This document shows positions 1 to 10,653 of a DNA stretch of 64,000 nt, one piece after another. Source of the DNA: Candidatus Methanoperedenaceae archaeon (lineage in GTDB: Archaea; Halobacteriota; Methanosarcinia; Methanosarcinales; Methanoperedenaceae); assembly GCA_963753595.1 (NCBI GenBank), contig CAVWCX010000023.1, forward strand, positions 87,538-151,537, in the 5' to 3' direction. Every line of letters begins with the position of its first letter. The stretch's first letter is position 1. Both the position numbers and the translations under genes were made by a program. The notes below the pieces were generated by a model that saw only the letters and a list, made by a program, of their open reading frames with translations, had not been told where the DNA came from and ran no database searches.

Positions 1-114
1 CACCTGGGTCTCGGTCACGTCGAAGCTATGAGTTATCATAAATACGGGATAGTGAAGGAGAGACTCATCAGGATGAGGGATGGGTCGGTCGTTGTGAGAA
101 AAGTTGGGGAGTAA
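1..114 (+). CDS. 3' end of an unidentified CDS (partial)
   Basis: Frame 1 is open from the window edge to TAA at 112-114 (HLGLGHVEAMSYHKYGIVKERLIRMRDGSVVVRKVGE*). Family not recognised. Confidence 0.4.
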   Translation, partial: HLGLGHVEAMSYHKYGIVKERLIRMRDGSVVVRKVGE

Positions 115-192
115 GGCAGTGCCACATCGTTAAATTTATATATTGTCACTTCCATGTCAGTGTGTCACATACTAACATAACATTGATTAAAG

Positions 193-999
193 GTGAACAT
201 AATGTCAGAAATTGGTAAGAAAATAAGACTTGAACGGATCATGGACAGGGAAAGCAGGAACATGGTTATAATTCCTATGGACCATGGGATTTCCATGGGG
301 CCGATAACTGGAATTGTAAATCTTGCAGAAATGGTGAATAAAGTTGCGGATGGCGGCGCAAACGCGGTTCTCCTGCAAAAAGGGATGGCAAAACACGGCC
401 ACCGCGGCTATGGAAGGGATATCGGACTTATAATACATATGAGCGCATCCACAGCGCTTGGACCTGATCCCAATGACAAAGTGATGGTATGCACTGTTGA
501 AGAAGCTATCAAAATGGGAGCGGATGCCGTGAGCATACACGTTAATATCGGTTCAGGGACAGAAGCAAAACAACTCAAGGAAATGGGCGATGTTGCAGAA
601 CAATGCGACACATGGGGAATTCCCCTCATCGCGATGATGTATCCGCGCGGGAAGGACATAAAGAATTCAAATGATGCAGAACTTGTCGCCCATGTGGCAA
701 GAGTAGGGGCGGAATTGGGCGCAGATATCATAAAAACAAATTTTACAGGAGATATTGACAGCTTCAGGTCTGTTGTGGAAGGCTGTCCTGTGCCTGTCGT
801 TATGGCAGGAGGCCCGAAGGCCAATACCGATGAGGAATTCCTCATAATGGTTCGCGCTGCGATAGATGCAGGCGGACGCGGCGTTGCAATTGGCCGCAAT
901 GTATTCCAGCATGAGAATCCAACAGCCATGACGCGTGCACTGACGCTTGTCGTGCATAAGGGCCTGAGCGTGGAAGATGCCATGGAGGCTTTGCGGTGA
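193..999 (+). CDS. aroA': 2-amino-3,7-dideoxy-D-threo-hept-6-ulosonate synthase (class I aldolase, DhnA family)
   Basis: [21 protein letters not shown] and GRNVFQ motifs. Adjacent to type II DHQ synthase. Confidence 0.92.
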   Translation: MNIMSEIGKKIRLERIMDRESRNMVIIPMDHGISMGPITGIVNLAEMVNKVADGGANAVLLQKGMAKHGHRGYGRDIGLIIHMSASTALGPDPNDKVMVCTVEEAIKMGADAVSIHVNIGSGTEAKQLKEMGDVAEQCDTWGIPLIAMMYPRGKDIKNSNDAELVAHVARVGAELGADIIKTNFTGDIDSFRSVVEGCPVPVVMAGGPKANTDEEFLIMVRAAIDAGGRGVAIGRNVFQHENPTAMTRALTLVVHKGLSVEDAMEALR

Positions 1000-2126
1000 A
1001 AAAAGCCAAATCAGTATGGATAAAAGCAGACGCAAGTTCCTGGGAAGAAAATAAGCCGCTTGTCACCACCGGCCTTGAATCCGGGGCTGACACTGTATTT
1101 TTAAATGCAGATGATATTCCAAAAGTCAGGGAACTGGGAAATATCAAGATAGCTGCCCCGTCTGAAGACGCTGACATAGTGGTTGTTGGCAAAGATAGCG
1201 AAGGCGATGGAACGACCAAACTCCCGGACTTTGCAAACTCAGCGGATATCGCGAAAGCGCAGCATTTGACAAGGGAAGGCAAAACCGTTGCAGGCTATGT
1301 AGTTATCAAGAATAAGAAATATGAGCAATTTGCGGTGGAACTTGGGAAATCATGCGATTACCTGGTCGTGATCGGAACTGACTGGAAGGTCATCCCGCTT
1401 GAAAACCTGATCGCAGGTTTGCAGACGCTTGATGTTGAGATTATTGCAGGGGTCAGGAATGCAGAGGAGGCAAAACTTGCACTTGAAACACTCGAGCACG
1501 GCTCAGATGGCGTGCTTCTTGATACCGATAATCTTTCCGAGATAAAGAAAGTTGCTGCTGTCAGGGACAGGTCAGGAATGGAAAATATCCCTCTCGTTAA
1601 GGCCACTGTTACCAAAGTGAAACCCGTCGGAATGGGCGACAGGGTATGTGTGGATACAGCTTCGCTGATGGTACTGGGTGAAGGAATGCTCATTGGTTCG
1701 CAAAGCAACGGATTGTTCCTTGTGCATTCTGAATCCGAAGAAAGCCCGTATGTAGCCGCGCGCCCGTTCAGGGTAAACGCAGGAGCTGTGCATGCTTATA
1801 TCAGGGTCGGTGAAAAAACCCGCTACCTCTCGGAACTTGCATCGGGTGATGATGTCCTGGTAGTGGATTCGCAAGGCGAAACCCGTCCCGCAGTTGTCGG
1901 GAGAGTAAAAATAGAGCGCCGTCCCCTGATGCTTGTAGAAGCAGAGGTTGAAGGAACACGGATAAAGACTCTACTCCAAAATGCAGAGACCATAAAGCTT
2001 GTAGGAAGCGACGGGAAGCCTGTGCCTGTGACCGCACTAAAGGAAGGGGATGAGGTGATGGTGTATTTTGAGGCGACTGCGAGGCATTTCGGGATAAAGA
2101 TAGAGGAGACGATCATTGAGAAGTAA
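996..2126 (+). CDS. aroB': 3-dehydroquinate synthase type II
   Basis: [30 protein letters not shown] and LQNAETI motifs. Confidence 0.95.
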   Translation: MKKAKSVWIKADASSWEENKPLVTTGLESGADTVFLNADDIPKVRELGNIKIAAPSEDADIVVVGKDSEGDGTTKLPDFANSADIAKAQHLTREGKTVAGYVVIKNKKYEQFAVELGKSCDYLVVIGTDWKVIPLENLIAGLQTLDVEIIAGVRNAEEAKLALETLEHGSDGVLLDTDNLSEIKKVAAVRDRSGMENIPLVKATVTKVKPVGMGDRVCVDTASLMVLGEGMLIGSQSNGLFLVHSESEESPYVAARPFRVNAGAVHAYIRVGEKTRYLSELASGDDVLVVDSQGETRPAVVGRVKIERRPLMLVEAEVEGTRIKTLLQNAETIKLVGSDGKPVPVTALKEGDEVMVYFEATARHFGIKIEETIIEK

Positions 2127-2180
2127 AATGTGAGACTAGAAAGGGATTCGAATGTGGGAACTCACAGAAAAAGGAAATTT

Positions 2181-2313
2181 AAGACAGGATAAACAGGATC
2201 GACAGGATACGAGCCAATTGCATAAATCCTGTTCATCCTGTAAATCCTGTCAAAAAAATTGAGGGGAGTAAGGAATATCGATCATGACCACAGTAATCAT
2301 CGGCGGCGGCCTT
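2181..2313 (+). repeat. 133-bp direct repeat copy 1 (palindromic element + RBS region + dead 5' fragment of the oxidoreductase gene)
   Basis: Matches 3354-3486 at an offset of 1173 bp. ATG at 2284 gives MTTVIIGGGL versus MTTIIIGGGL at 3457. Confidence 0.9.
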
Positions 2314-2523
2314 ACCACTACCTACAAGTGCTCTCAGGCAGTAGCTTTATTGAATCCATTCAAACTGATGCCTATGAAAATTAGGTAGTATCCTAAAAAA
2401 CATGACCTAATTTTTTGTGAGACTTCATAAATCGGGCGCAGAAATGACCGCATGATATGGAATTGTCTGAGTTTTGTGCGTGGTTGTTTTGAGTGATGAA
2501 GTAGTTTTCATAAAATCGAAAAG

Positions 2524-2745
2524 GGAACGCGGATGCCGCGGATTGCGCGGATACGCGCAGATTTGGGATTTCTGACCCAAATCTTTCGTTTCTAAAAAGT
2601 AATATTTCATATGGAATCAACCACAGAGTACACAGAGATCTCAGAGCTTTGCCATTTTTCTCTGTGTCCTCTGTGCGCTCTGTGGTTTTAAAACCAGATC
2701 GATCGCATCCGTGTGCATCCGCGTCATCCGCGCAATCCGTGTTCC
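2524..2745. repeat. Nested REP-like palindromic elements with ~9-nt periodic arms
   Basis: Outer arms (cgcggat)n 2524-2562 / (atccgcg)n 2707-2745. Inner arms (cacagag)n / (ctctgtg)n at 2619-2687. Small AGATTTGGG/CCCAAATCT hairpin at 2559-2584. Confidence 0.8.
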
Positions 2746-2779
2746 ATGTCGTTTGCACCTGGAATTCACGCACATGTTA

Positions 2780-3169
2780 CTACAGTTGTGTGCTAACCTT
2801 TTCCACCGTAATAACCAGTGCCCCTCTTGCCCAGGGAAATTTCGATTTTGCCATATCAGCGAATTTTCCTGAAGTTTGAATTTCACCCCTTCCAGAGATG
2901 CTACATCCCTGTCCAGGGTGGCCATTGGTCCCTTTGACTTGCTTTGTAGCAATCAGCAATTCCACCCGGTTATTCTTCTTCAGATTCTCCTCGGTTATAT
3001 GATAATATCCGGCTGGAATAACGATTATTCCGCTATCATTAATGCCTAATGCCTTCACATAACCTCCCCATGTCCCCACTATATGTGGGCCGCTATCACC
3101 ACAGGTTGCAATAGCAACCCATTCGGTTTTATCTATAACTTCTTTGCATATCCCTTCTATTTTTACCAT
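2780..3169 (-). CDS. FMN-binding split-barrel protein (pyridoxamine 5'-phosphate oxidase-like)
   Basis: VAIAT..GPHIVGTW, TEENLKKNNRVELLI and GCSISGRGEI, typical of flavin-binding split-barrel proteins. Confidence 0.75.
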   Translation of the reverse strand: MVKIEGICKEVIDKTEWVAIATCGDSGPHIVGTWGGYVKALGINDSGIIVIPAGYYHITEENLKKNNRVELLIATKQVKGTNGHPGQGCSISGRGEIQTSGKFADMAKSKFPWARGALVITVEKVSTQL

Positions 3170-3353
3170 ATCCGTTCCTCCATTGGATTAGATATATAAT
3201 TTCAATACTCCCTTAATTACATCACGCTTATGTTATTTAAATTATTGTAGCAGACAATAAACCTTACGAAAAGTACAGTTTAAAGATTGAAAGAATTAAT
3301 AAGGTTACAGGAAAACAAAGAAAAAAGAGCAATAAAAAGCTTCAAAGATTGAA

Positions 3354-3486
3354 AAGACAGGATAAACAGGATCGACAGGATACGAGCCAATTGCATAAAT
3401 CCTGTTCATCCTGTAAATCCTGTCAAAAAAATTGAGGGAATTAAGGACTAACAATCATGACCACAATAATCATCGGCGGCGGCCTT
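3354..3486 (+). repeat. 133-bp direct repeat copy 2, containing a (acaggat)3...(atcctgt)3 palindrome
   Basis: Near-identical to 2181-2313. Overlaps the start of the intact oxidoreductase gene. Confidence 0.9.
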
Positions 3487-4728
3487 GCAGGTCTTGCTGC
3501 AGCATACAAACTTGCAGGTAAGGACGAAATAATCCTCATCGAAAAAGAACCTGAACTAGGAGGCATGGCATCAAGTTACAAGATCGCTGGCTACCACATT
3601 GAAAAATACTACCATCATATTTTTGCTAGCGATAATGAACTCATTTCATTGATAGAAGAACTCGGCATCGGGGCCCGGCTTGAATGGCTAAAAGGCACGA
3701 CTGGATATTATTTTGATGGTAAAATATACCCGATGAACACTCCCATTGAGATCTTAAAGGCTTTGCCGCTCATGGATGTTATCCGATTGACATTCCTTGT
3801 GCTAAAAGCCAAATCCATAAAAGACAGGACTCCCTTTGATGAGATCACTGCAAAAAAATGGATCATAGATACAGCGGGTGAATCTGTTTACAATAATTTC
3901 TTCCTCCCCCTCCTCCAGAGCAAATTCGGTGACAATTTAGAAAAAGTGTCGGCAGCATGGCTTCTGGGGCGTGTGCAAATTCGCTCCAACAGGGGAACAA
4001 AAGGAGAGCGATTGGGTTACATGCGCGGGGGATTTGAAGCGCTGCTTGAGAAAATGGTGGAAAGTATCCGAAAAAGGGGAGGAATTATAAAACAGGGGAA
4101 TGTATCGCGTATTGAGACCGCTGGAGATTCAATAAAGGGCGTTATTGTGGAAGAGGATCTTATCGAGTGCGACAGGATTATTTCAACCGTTGCTCCTCAT
4201 GTACTTGAAAAAATAATGGAAACAAGGCTCCTTGGGCTTGATATGAACATCAGCTACCAGGGTACTGCATGCGCGCTTTTCGGATTAAAGGAAAAGGTCA
4301 TGGATGATATTTACTGGCTCAACATAAAAGAGGACGTTCCATTTGGCGCGGCCATAGAACATACTAACTTTATTCCTGAATCTGATTACGGAGAGAGACT
4401 CATGTATGTAACAACATATTTCCAGGATCAGGAAAGTATATTGTGGAAATCAAATGATGAAGAGGTCATCGAATTATACATGAAGGGTCTTGAAAAATTG
4501 TTCCCCGGATTCCTGGAAAAGGTAAAATGGTGGCGCCTTCGAAGGGATATGGATACGGCGCCTGTTTATGAGGTTGGATATGGAAAAAAAGTCCTGCCAT
4601 ATGAAACTAAAATAAAAGGGCTTTACCTGGCCGGTATGTTCTCGGATTCAAACTACCCCGAAAGGAGCATGAACGGCTCGATATTGGCAGGATTCAAGTG
4701 CGCTGAAGCGATTTTAAACCGGGGCTAA
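3457..4728 (+). CDS. NAD(P)/FAD-dependent oxidoreductase (protoporphyrinogen oxidase/amine oxidase-like)
   Basis: N-terminal GGGLAGL..EK..LGG Rossmann motif, YHHIF, C-terminal YPERSMNG. Confidence 0.85.
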   Translation: MTTIIIGGGLAGLAAAYKLAGKDEIILIEKEPELGGMASSYKIAGYHIEKYYHHIFASDNELISLIEELGIGARLEWLKGTTGYYFDGKIYPMNTPIEILKALPLMDVIRLTFLVLKAKSIKDRTPFDEITAKKWIIDTAGESVYNNFFLPLLQSKFGDNLEKVSAAWLLGRVQIRSNRGTKGERLGYMRGGFEALLEKMVESIRKRGGIIKQGNVSRIETAGDSIKGVIVEEDLIECDRIISTVAPHVLEKIMETRLLGLDMNISYQGTACALFGLKEKVMDDIYWLNIKEDVPFGAAIEHTNFIPESDYGERLMYVTTYFQDQESILWKSNDEEVIELYMKGLEKLFPGFLEKVKWWRLRRDMDTAPVYEVGYGKKVLPYETKIKGLYLAGMFSDSNYPERSMNGSILAGFKCAEAILNRG

Positions 4729-4754
4729 GGGACATAAATATAAGGATAAATTAC

Positions 4755-5678
4755 ATGCATGAAACAAATCATTCTAATAAAAAAATTAATTTCTTCATCA
4801 CTTCGGACACTTTCCCTTCCATATCTGTCACGGGAAGTTCATGTTCGCTTATGTGCCAACATTGCAAGGGCAAATTACTGGAGAGCCTGATCCCTGCAAC
4901 CACAAGCGAAGAGCTTGAAAAGAAAGCTCTGGCGCTTCACAGGTCAGGTGCAAAAGGAATTCTCCTGACCGGCGGCTGTGATGAGCGGGGGCGCGTGCCA
5001 ATAAAAAGTTTAATACCGGCAATAAAAAAACTAAAGGGAACAACTGACCTTATCCTTATCGCGCATACCGGTTTCATATCCAGGAAAGAAGCAGGAGCAT
5101 TAAAAGACTCAGGCCTTGATGGTATCGGTTTTGATGTAATGGGCGACATGACTTCTGTATCGGATATTTACGGGCTTCATATATCCGAAGAAGAATATCT
5201 GGACAGCCTCCAGGCAATTTCAGATTCAGGACTATGCATCTTTCCCCATGTTTGCGTGGGCATACATTTCGGGAAATTGAGCGGGGAATACCGCGCCCTT
5301 GAAATGATCCGCTCGATAACGCCCACAACAGTAATTATAACCGGATTGATGCCAGTTGCAGGGACGCCGATGGAGCATATGAAGCCAGATCCATTAGATT
5401 TTGAAAAGATCATAAAAAAAGCGATCGTTATGTTCCCTGATATTCCAGTCATATTAGGATGCGCCCATTCAAGCGGAAAAGACAGGGCTGATATTGAAAA
5501 GATGGCGCTTCTTTGCGGTGTGCCAGGCATTGCAGCGCCCACTGTGAGTACTATTAAGTTCGCAAAGGAAAATGGATACCAGATAAATTATTATGGCACA
5601 TGTTGCGGCTTAATTCCGGATGAAAAAATGAAGATAAATTATCCGGTCTTTCCTCCAAGCCTCAAGGAGGCCTGGTAA
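4755..5678 (+). CDS. Radical SAM protein, biotin-synthase-like (resembles archaeal LipS1/LipS2-type sulfur insertases)
   Basis: ISVTG..CSLMCQHC (CX3CX2C), LLTGG, PHVCVG, LGCAH and a C-terminal TCC. Confidence 0.8.
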   Translation: MHETNHSNKKINFFITSDTFPSISVTGSSCSLMCQHCKGKLLESLIPATTSEELEKKALALHRSGAKGILLTGGCDERGRVPIKSLIPAIKKLKGTTDLILIAHTGFISRKEAGALKDSGLDGIGFDVMGDMTSVSDIYGLHISEEEYLDSLQAISDSGLCIFPHVCVGIHFGKLSGEYRALEMIRSITPTTVIITGLMPVAGTPMEHMKPDPLDFEKIIKKAIVMFPDIPVILGCAHSSGKDRADIEKMALLCGVPGIAAPTVSTIKFAKENGYQINYYGTCCGLIPDEKMKINYPVFPPSLKEAW

Positions 5679-6841
5679 TATACCCAGATTATGTGAGATT
5701 TCAAGAAATAATAAACCTCTGAAGATATACCGGTACTTCTAAGATTCTTTATCAGGTCGGGAATATCAAGTTCAAGAGGGCAGTTTTCCATGCATTTCCC
5801 ACAGCCAAGGCACAGCTCCAGTTTCTCATTCGGTTCATTAGAATATGCCGAATAATAAGCTAATCCCTTCCCCCCCAGGTAGCTATCTATTGCGTACTCA
5901 TTCCCGATAGTATTATACATGGGACAATGCAACAAACAATTCCCGCATCCTATGCATTTAAGAAGTTCCCTGAATCCTTTCTTTGCAAGGTCGCTCCTTC
6001 TATTATCTACCAGCACAACAACGACCTCAGATGGATTATGAACCCCCTTAATGAATTTCTTTTCCACATCTGCTGTCTTGCTGACACTGGTTATTATATC
6101 CACAAATGAAGGGATTACCGCACCTGTGGCATTAAAACACAGTATCTTTATCATATTTATAGCAGATTCAATATCAGGATATATCTTGTCAATTGAAGTC
6201 ACTACAATATGTTTTTGTTTTCTTTTGACCTCATCGATATTCCCTTCGTTATGTGTAATGATAATAGAGCCTTCCTCGGCAGTGATGGCATTGGCCCCCG
6301 TAATTCCGATTTTTGCCTTATCCAGGCTGGAAACGATATCCTCTTTTACTATTCTCACGATATCTTCAGGTGTTTCTGTAACTGGTACATCATAATATTT
6401 TGAGATCCCTTTTGCAATTTGTTTTGCGGAAAGGTGTGTCACAGGACCCGTGGGGTGCGAAGGTTTTGCATGCAATATCTGTAAGATCCTGTCCCCGATA
6501 TCTGTTTCTACAACAGTCGCCCCGTTTTTTTCAAGAAATTTTGTTAATTCAAGTTCCTTGGTTACATTGGATTTAGATTTTACTATGAAATTTTCCTTCC
6601 CGATCTCATTCAATATTATATCAAGCGCTTCCTGCTTTTCCCTGGCAAGATAGACCTTTATTCCGTTTTTCCTTAACTTTCCGATAGCCTGTTCAAGAAG
6701 CGCTTCATTCCCCACACAAAGTTCTCTTGATGAAATAAGCCTCTTTGTTCTTTCAGAAAAGCCTTTTGACTCGTTAGAAGCCTGCCTTTCTTTAACTGAA
6801 TCAAATGCTTTACGAAGGGCTCTGACTTCTTCATGGTTCAT
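5639..6841 (-). CDS. LUD-domain iron-sulfur protein (LutB/LldF-like)
   Basis: KSKS, ETDIGD, PSHP, GITGAN and NEGN motifs. Two CxxCxxCxxxCP ferredoxin motifs. Confidence 0.88.
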   Translation of the reverse strand: MNHEEVRALRKAFDSVKERQASNESKGFSERTKRLISSRELCVGNEALLEQAIGKLRKNGIKVYLAREKQEALDIILNEIGKENFIVKSKSNVTKELELTKFLEKNGATVVETDIGDRILQILHAKPSHPTGPVTHLSAKQIAKGISKYYDVPVTETPEDIVRIVKEDIVSSLDKAKIGITGANAITAEEGSIIITHNEGNIDEVKRKQKHIVVTSIDKIYPDIESAINMIKILCFNATGAVIPSFVDIITSVSKTADVEKKFIKGVHNPSEVVVVLVDNRRSDLAKKGFRELLKCIGCGNCLLHCPMYNTIGNEYAIDSYLGGKGLAYYSAYSNEPNEKLELCLGCGKCMENCPLELDIPDLIKNLRSTGISSEVYYFLKSHIIWVYYQASLRLGGKTG

Positions 6842-6873
6842 GATGTTTTTTAATAACTAAAACGTGTTTTATA

Positions 6874-8169
6874 TCATACTTTTAAACTATTTAACCCTGA
6901 TGAAAAACAATAAATGGTATACATGATGAGGACAAGGTTAATCCCTGCTGTAAAAGGTATTAAGAAATCACCATTCACAAATGCAATTCCTGTATTTGCC
7001 ATCTCCAGGACAAAGTGCAGGTTGAACAAAAAAGTTATTGTCGCTAATAAATACACATAAGAAAGACGCCTGTCAAAGGCCATTGCAACCGCAAGAGGTG
7101 CAAAAAGAGAAAAGAGATACCTTTCATGTATCCGGGTAAAGAACATGAAAAACCCGAAAAATAATATCGCTGAGGCGATATATATCGATCTTTCGTCTTT
7201 TCGTTCCATGATAATGTGTGCCACATAAACAAAAAGTATGCTGAATAAGATATATCCCCATGTTCGATATGTCAAAAAAAGGAAAATCGTATTATCAGGC
7301 TGGAACAGACCTCCAAAAGCCCATATATTGTAAGCGTTTAAAGAATTGAACGGATATTGGCTATATGATGAAAAATATAGCTTGAAAAGTTCAAAAATCG
7401 ACGTATGCAGATAGAAAGGCAATGCCAGGATAACAAACGCAGAACATGATGCGGTTGATACTTTTACAATTGTGGATGGTGAATGTTTTTTTAGCATTAC
7501 CAGGGCAAAAAGAGGAACAAGCACAAGACTCTGGGGCTTGGTCAGGACCGCCAAGGCAAGAGACGTTCCTGCGATCACAGGCTTTCCTGCGACAAATTCC
7601 ATAAGAGCGAACATTATAAACAGAGTGTAAACTGAATCCACCTGCCCCCATATTGCAGAGTTGTAGATGATGGCAGGATTGAATGCATAAACTGTCATGG
7701 AAAGGAAAGACATATTGAAACTCCCATATTTCCTTACGATCAAAAATATCAATAAAGCAGTTGCAATATCAGCTATTATAGCAGGAGTTTTTAGTAAAAT
7801 CGTAAACACAGGGGAATGAATATCAAAGGATGAAGAAATGAATGATTGATAAAATGCTCCTACTGCCCACAGAATATAGATATATAATGGGGGATAATCG
7901 GACTTTACACCCTGATAAAAATTAGAAATCCCTGTAAAATGAACTCCACGGCTCCATGTCCGAAACATTGAAATATCGAATTCAAATCCCTCCAATGCAG
8001 ATAGATACATTCGTACAAGAAAGGCAAAAAATAAAATAAGGGCAACCGATATATATTGATTTCTTGTAATGCTAAACCAGGCGTTGATCTTTGATCTAAT
8101 ATCTTTTCCAGTAATCTGGAAAATGTTTTTGAGAATAATACCATCCCCAACGTTTAATTGTGAAACCAA
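6874..8169 (-). CDS. GT-C fold membrane glycosyltransferase (mannosyltransferase-like); start uncertain
   Basis: Multiple TM helices. DYPP, WGQVDS, KPQ and HERY motifs. Confidence 0.8.
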   Translation of the reverse strand: MVSQLNVGDGIILKNIFQITGKDIRSKINAWFSITRNQYISVALILFFAFLVRMYLSALEGFEFDISMFRTWSRGVHFTGISNFYQGVKSDYPPLYIYILWAVGAFYQSFISSSFDIHSPVFTILLKTPAIIADIATALLIFLIVRKYGSFNMSFLSMTVYAFNPAIIYNSAIWGQVDSVYTLFIMFALMEFVAGKPVIAGTSLALAVLTKPQSLVLVPLFALVMLKKHSPSTIVKVSTASCSAFVILALPFYLHTSIFELFKLYFSSYSQYPFNSLNAYNIWAFGGLFQPDNTIFLFLTYRTWGYILFSILFVYVAHIIMERKDERSIYIASAILFFGFFMFFTRIHERYLFSLFAPLAVAMAFDRRLSYVYLLATITFLFNLHFVLEMANTGIAFVNGDFLIPFTAGINLVLIMYTIYCFSSGLNSLKV

Positions 8170-8229
8170 TATTTAAGATTTTGTGTGCCACAAATTATAT
8201 ATCTTTTACCACTGTTTCCGTCTCCTGCA

Positions 8230-8988
8230 ATGGGAATAAAAGAAAATGCCATAAGGCAATTCGGGAAACAGGCGAAAGCTTACTCAAAAGGCAATATTTT
8301 TGTGGATGGGGTCCATCTTTCAAAAATAGTGGAAAAAAGTGGCGTAAAAGAAAATGACCGGGTCCTGGATATAGCCACAGGCTCAGGATTTCTTGCGCTT
8401 GAATTCGCAAAAAAATCAACTGAGGTCATAGGTTGTGACATTACACGCAACATGCTGCTTTATGCCAGGGAAAAACAGAAAAATTCAGGGCTCAATAATA
8501 TTGATTTTCTCCTTTCTGATATTGAATCATTGCCTTTTCCAGATGGTGCGTTCGATATCGTTTCATGCAGGTTTGCATTCCATCATTTTCCTGACCCGAA
8601 AAAAGCTTTGCTTGAAATGAAACGCGTCTCTCGGCAGAGCATAGTCCTTGTGGATGGTGTCTCTTCAGAAGAAACTGGAAAAAGCCAGTTCCATAATGAA
8701 ATTGAAAAGATGCGTGACCCTTCACATGTCCGTATTAATACATTGAATGAAATAAAAAATATGTTTGAGGATATTGGAGCAGTTATCAAAGATATATCAC
8801 ACTGGGAAATTCCGCAGGATTTCGATGAGTGGATAAAACGCGCAGGAACAGATGACAAAAAGATCATAAGAATCAGGGATTTGATGATGGGAAGTCTTTC
8901 TCACGACAGTACTGGTTTTCGGGTAAAAATTGAAAATGGAAAGCTGGGATTTACATACGATACTGTCATTTTGATAGCAGAGATTTAA
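8230..8988 (+). CDS. Class I SAM-dependent methyltransferase (UbiE-like)
   Basis: VLDIATGSG and LPFPDGAFDIVSCRFAFHH. Likely start is ATG 8230. Confidence 0.88.
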   Translation: MGIKENAIRQFGKQAKAYSKGNIFVDGVHLSKIVEKSGVKENDRVLDIATGSGFLALEFAKKSTEVIGCDITRNMLLYAREKQKNSGLNNIDFLLSDIESLPFPDGAFDIVSCRFAFHHFPDPKKALLEMKRVSRQSIVLVDGVSSEETGKSQFHNEIEKMRDPSHVRINTLNEIKNMFEDIGAVIKDISHWEIPQDFDEWIKRAGTDDKKIIRIRDLMMGSLSHDSTGFRVKIENGKLGFTYDTVILIAEI

Positions 8989-9022
8989 ATGAATCAATAT
9001 ATACAAATAAAAAAGAATAAGG

Positions 9023-10528
9023 TTATTTCTTTTTCTTTATAGATTTTTTTAGTGATTTAAGACAAAGTTCCATACCTTTTATCGCATTATTACTTTGCGG
9101 ATTTAATTCATAAGCTGATTGAAAAGCCTTTAAAGCGTCTCCAGGGTTTCCCTTTTTATAAAGAATATTGCCTTTATTAATTAAGAATATGTGGTCATCC
9201 GGAGTTATTTCAAGCGCTCTAGTATAACAGGCCAACGCTTCATCAATTTGTCCAAGCCTTGCAAGCGCAAGTCCTTTGTTATTCAATGCGATGCTATTTT
9301 GCGGGTCTACCCTGAGTGATATGTCAAAATAATCAATAGCCTGGATGTATTTTCGCTTTGAGAAATATGAATTTCCCTTGGTAAGGTAATCCTTCGATTC
9401 GTCAGATATTTCATGCTTTATCAGCTCATTTTTGGTTATTTTGACTTCGGGTATAGCATGCTCTTGTTCCGCAGCCGCATGTTCTGGTTGCTTTTCAATT
9501 ATTTCAATAACAGGTTCAGGTATTGGTTTTACTGGCACTTTAACCACTGAAGCTTCAAATGGTTTGGCTTGCATTGTAGTCTCGAAAGACTTTTCAATAA
9601 ATGGTTCGGGTAAAGGTTTTACGGGTTCTTTAACCACTGAAGCTTCAATTTGTTCGGCTTGCATTGTGGTTTCGAAAGACTTTTCAGTAACAGGTTCGGA
9701 TAAAAGTTTAAAAGGCTCTTCAACCTCTGAAACTTCAAATTTTTCCGGTTCAATTGTGTTTTCTAAAGACTTTTCTATAAAAGGTTCGGATAAAGGTTTA
9801 AAAGGCTTTTCAACCTCTGAGGCTTCAATTTGTTCAGGTTCAATTTCTGTCTTAACCTGCATTTCTTCAAGCTCTTTCTCTTCTTTGGGCATGGATGATG
9901 CTATTTTTTGTAAATCGATTTGAACACCTGCCTCTCCCATTTTTGCGATAGCCAGCCCTTTATTACTCCATATTTTCTCAACTTTCGGGTTAATTTCAAG
10001 AGCTTTATCGTAAGATTCTATGGCTTCGGAAAGTCGATTGAGTTTAACAAGGGTCAATCCCCTGTTATTCCATACAGTCTCATCCCTGGAATTTGCCTCT
10101 ATCGACCGGTCATAAGCCCCAAGCGCCCCTTCAAAATCCCCGCTTTCAAATAATATATCTCCTTTGATACACCATGCTCCGGCATCCAGGGGATTTTTTT
10201 CAAGTATCTTATCATAGCACTCGATAGCTTCTTTTGTCCGCCCGAGATGGGCAAGTGCAATGCCTTTATTGTAAATTACTTCTTCATCATTCGGCCTTAG
10301 TTCTATCGCTTTATCATAACACGCCACAGCGTCTTCATATTTGGCAATTCTTGCCAGGGCAAGACCCTTATTGTTCCATACATCAGCAACTCCTGGATTT
10401 ATTTCAAGTGCTTTATCATAACATTGGATGGCTTCAGAATACATCCCGGTTTCCACAAGCTTATTGCCTTTGTTGATCCAGGCAAAAGCATCTGTTAATG
10501 CTTTATCCTCAGATATTTCTAGTACCAT
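9023..10528 (-). CDS. TPR-repeat protein with central Glu/Pro/Lys-rich repeat linker
   Basis: Repeated WNNKG.AL..EA..YDKALEINP units at both ends, separated by a low-complexity linker. Confidence 0.9.
   Translation of the reverse strand: MVLEISEDKALTDAFAWINKGNKLVETGMYSEAIQCYDKALEINPGVADVWNNKGLALARIAKYEDAVACYDKAIELRPNDEEVIYNKGIALAHLGRTKEAIECYDKILEKNPLDAGAWCIKGDILFESGDFEGALGAYDRSIEANSRDETVWNNRGLTLVKLNRLSEAIESYDKALEINPKVEKIWSNKGLAIAKMGEAGVQIDLQKIASSMPKEEKELEEMQVKTEIEPEQIEASEVEKPFKPLSEPFIEKSLENTIEPEKFEVSEVEEPFKLLSEPVTEKSFETTMQAEQIEASVVKEPVKPLPEPFIEKSFETTMQAKPFEASVVKVPVKPIPEPVIEIIEKQPEHAAAEQEHAIPEVKITKNELIKHEISDESKDYLTKGNSYFSKRKYIQAIDYFDISLRVDPQNSIALNNKGLALARLGQIDEALACYTRALEITPDDHIFLINKGNILYKKGNPGDALKAFQSAYELNPQSNNAIKGMELCLKSLKKSIKKKK
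9500..9845 (-). repeat. ~3.7 x 90-bp (30-aa) in-frame tandem repeat
   Basis: Units such as EQIEASEVEKPFKPLSEPFIEKSLENTIEP. DNA motif (a/g)cttcaa recurs near 9551, 9641, 9731 and 9821. Confidence 0.85.
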
Positions 10529-10653
10529 ATATCAGTCTCTTATATATATTGAGTTAATTAATATTGCTTATCCTATTTAATGTTTGTTTACTTGGAGCAA
10601 AAATTTATCCGTAAAAGAGCTATTAACATAAAATCTAAAAGGCTGGACATTAA

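Noticed and set aside
2181-2745. Short repeats as a possible CRISPR array
   Set aside because: The units are ~9-nt inverted arms with no unique spacers, and no cas genes are present.
2393-2952. ORFs 2393-2773, 2425-2610, 2641-2952 and 2649-2879
   Set aside because: They are shadow ORFs produced by the stop-poor palindromic repeats.
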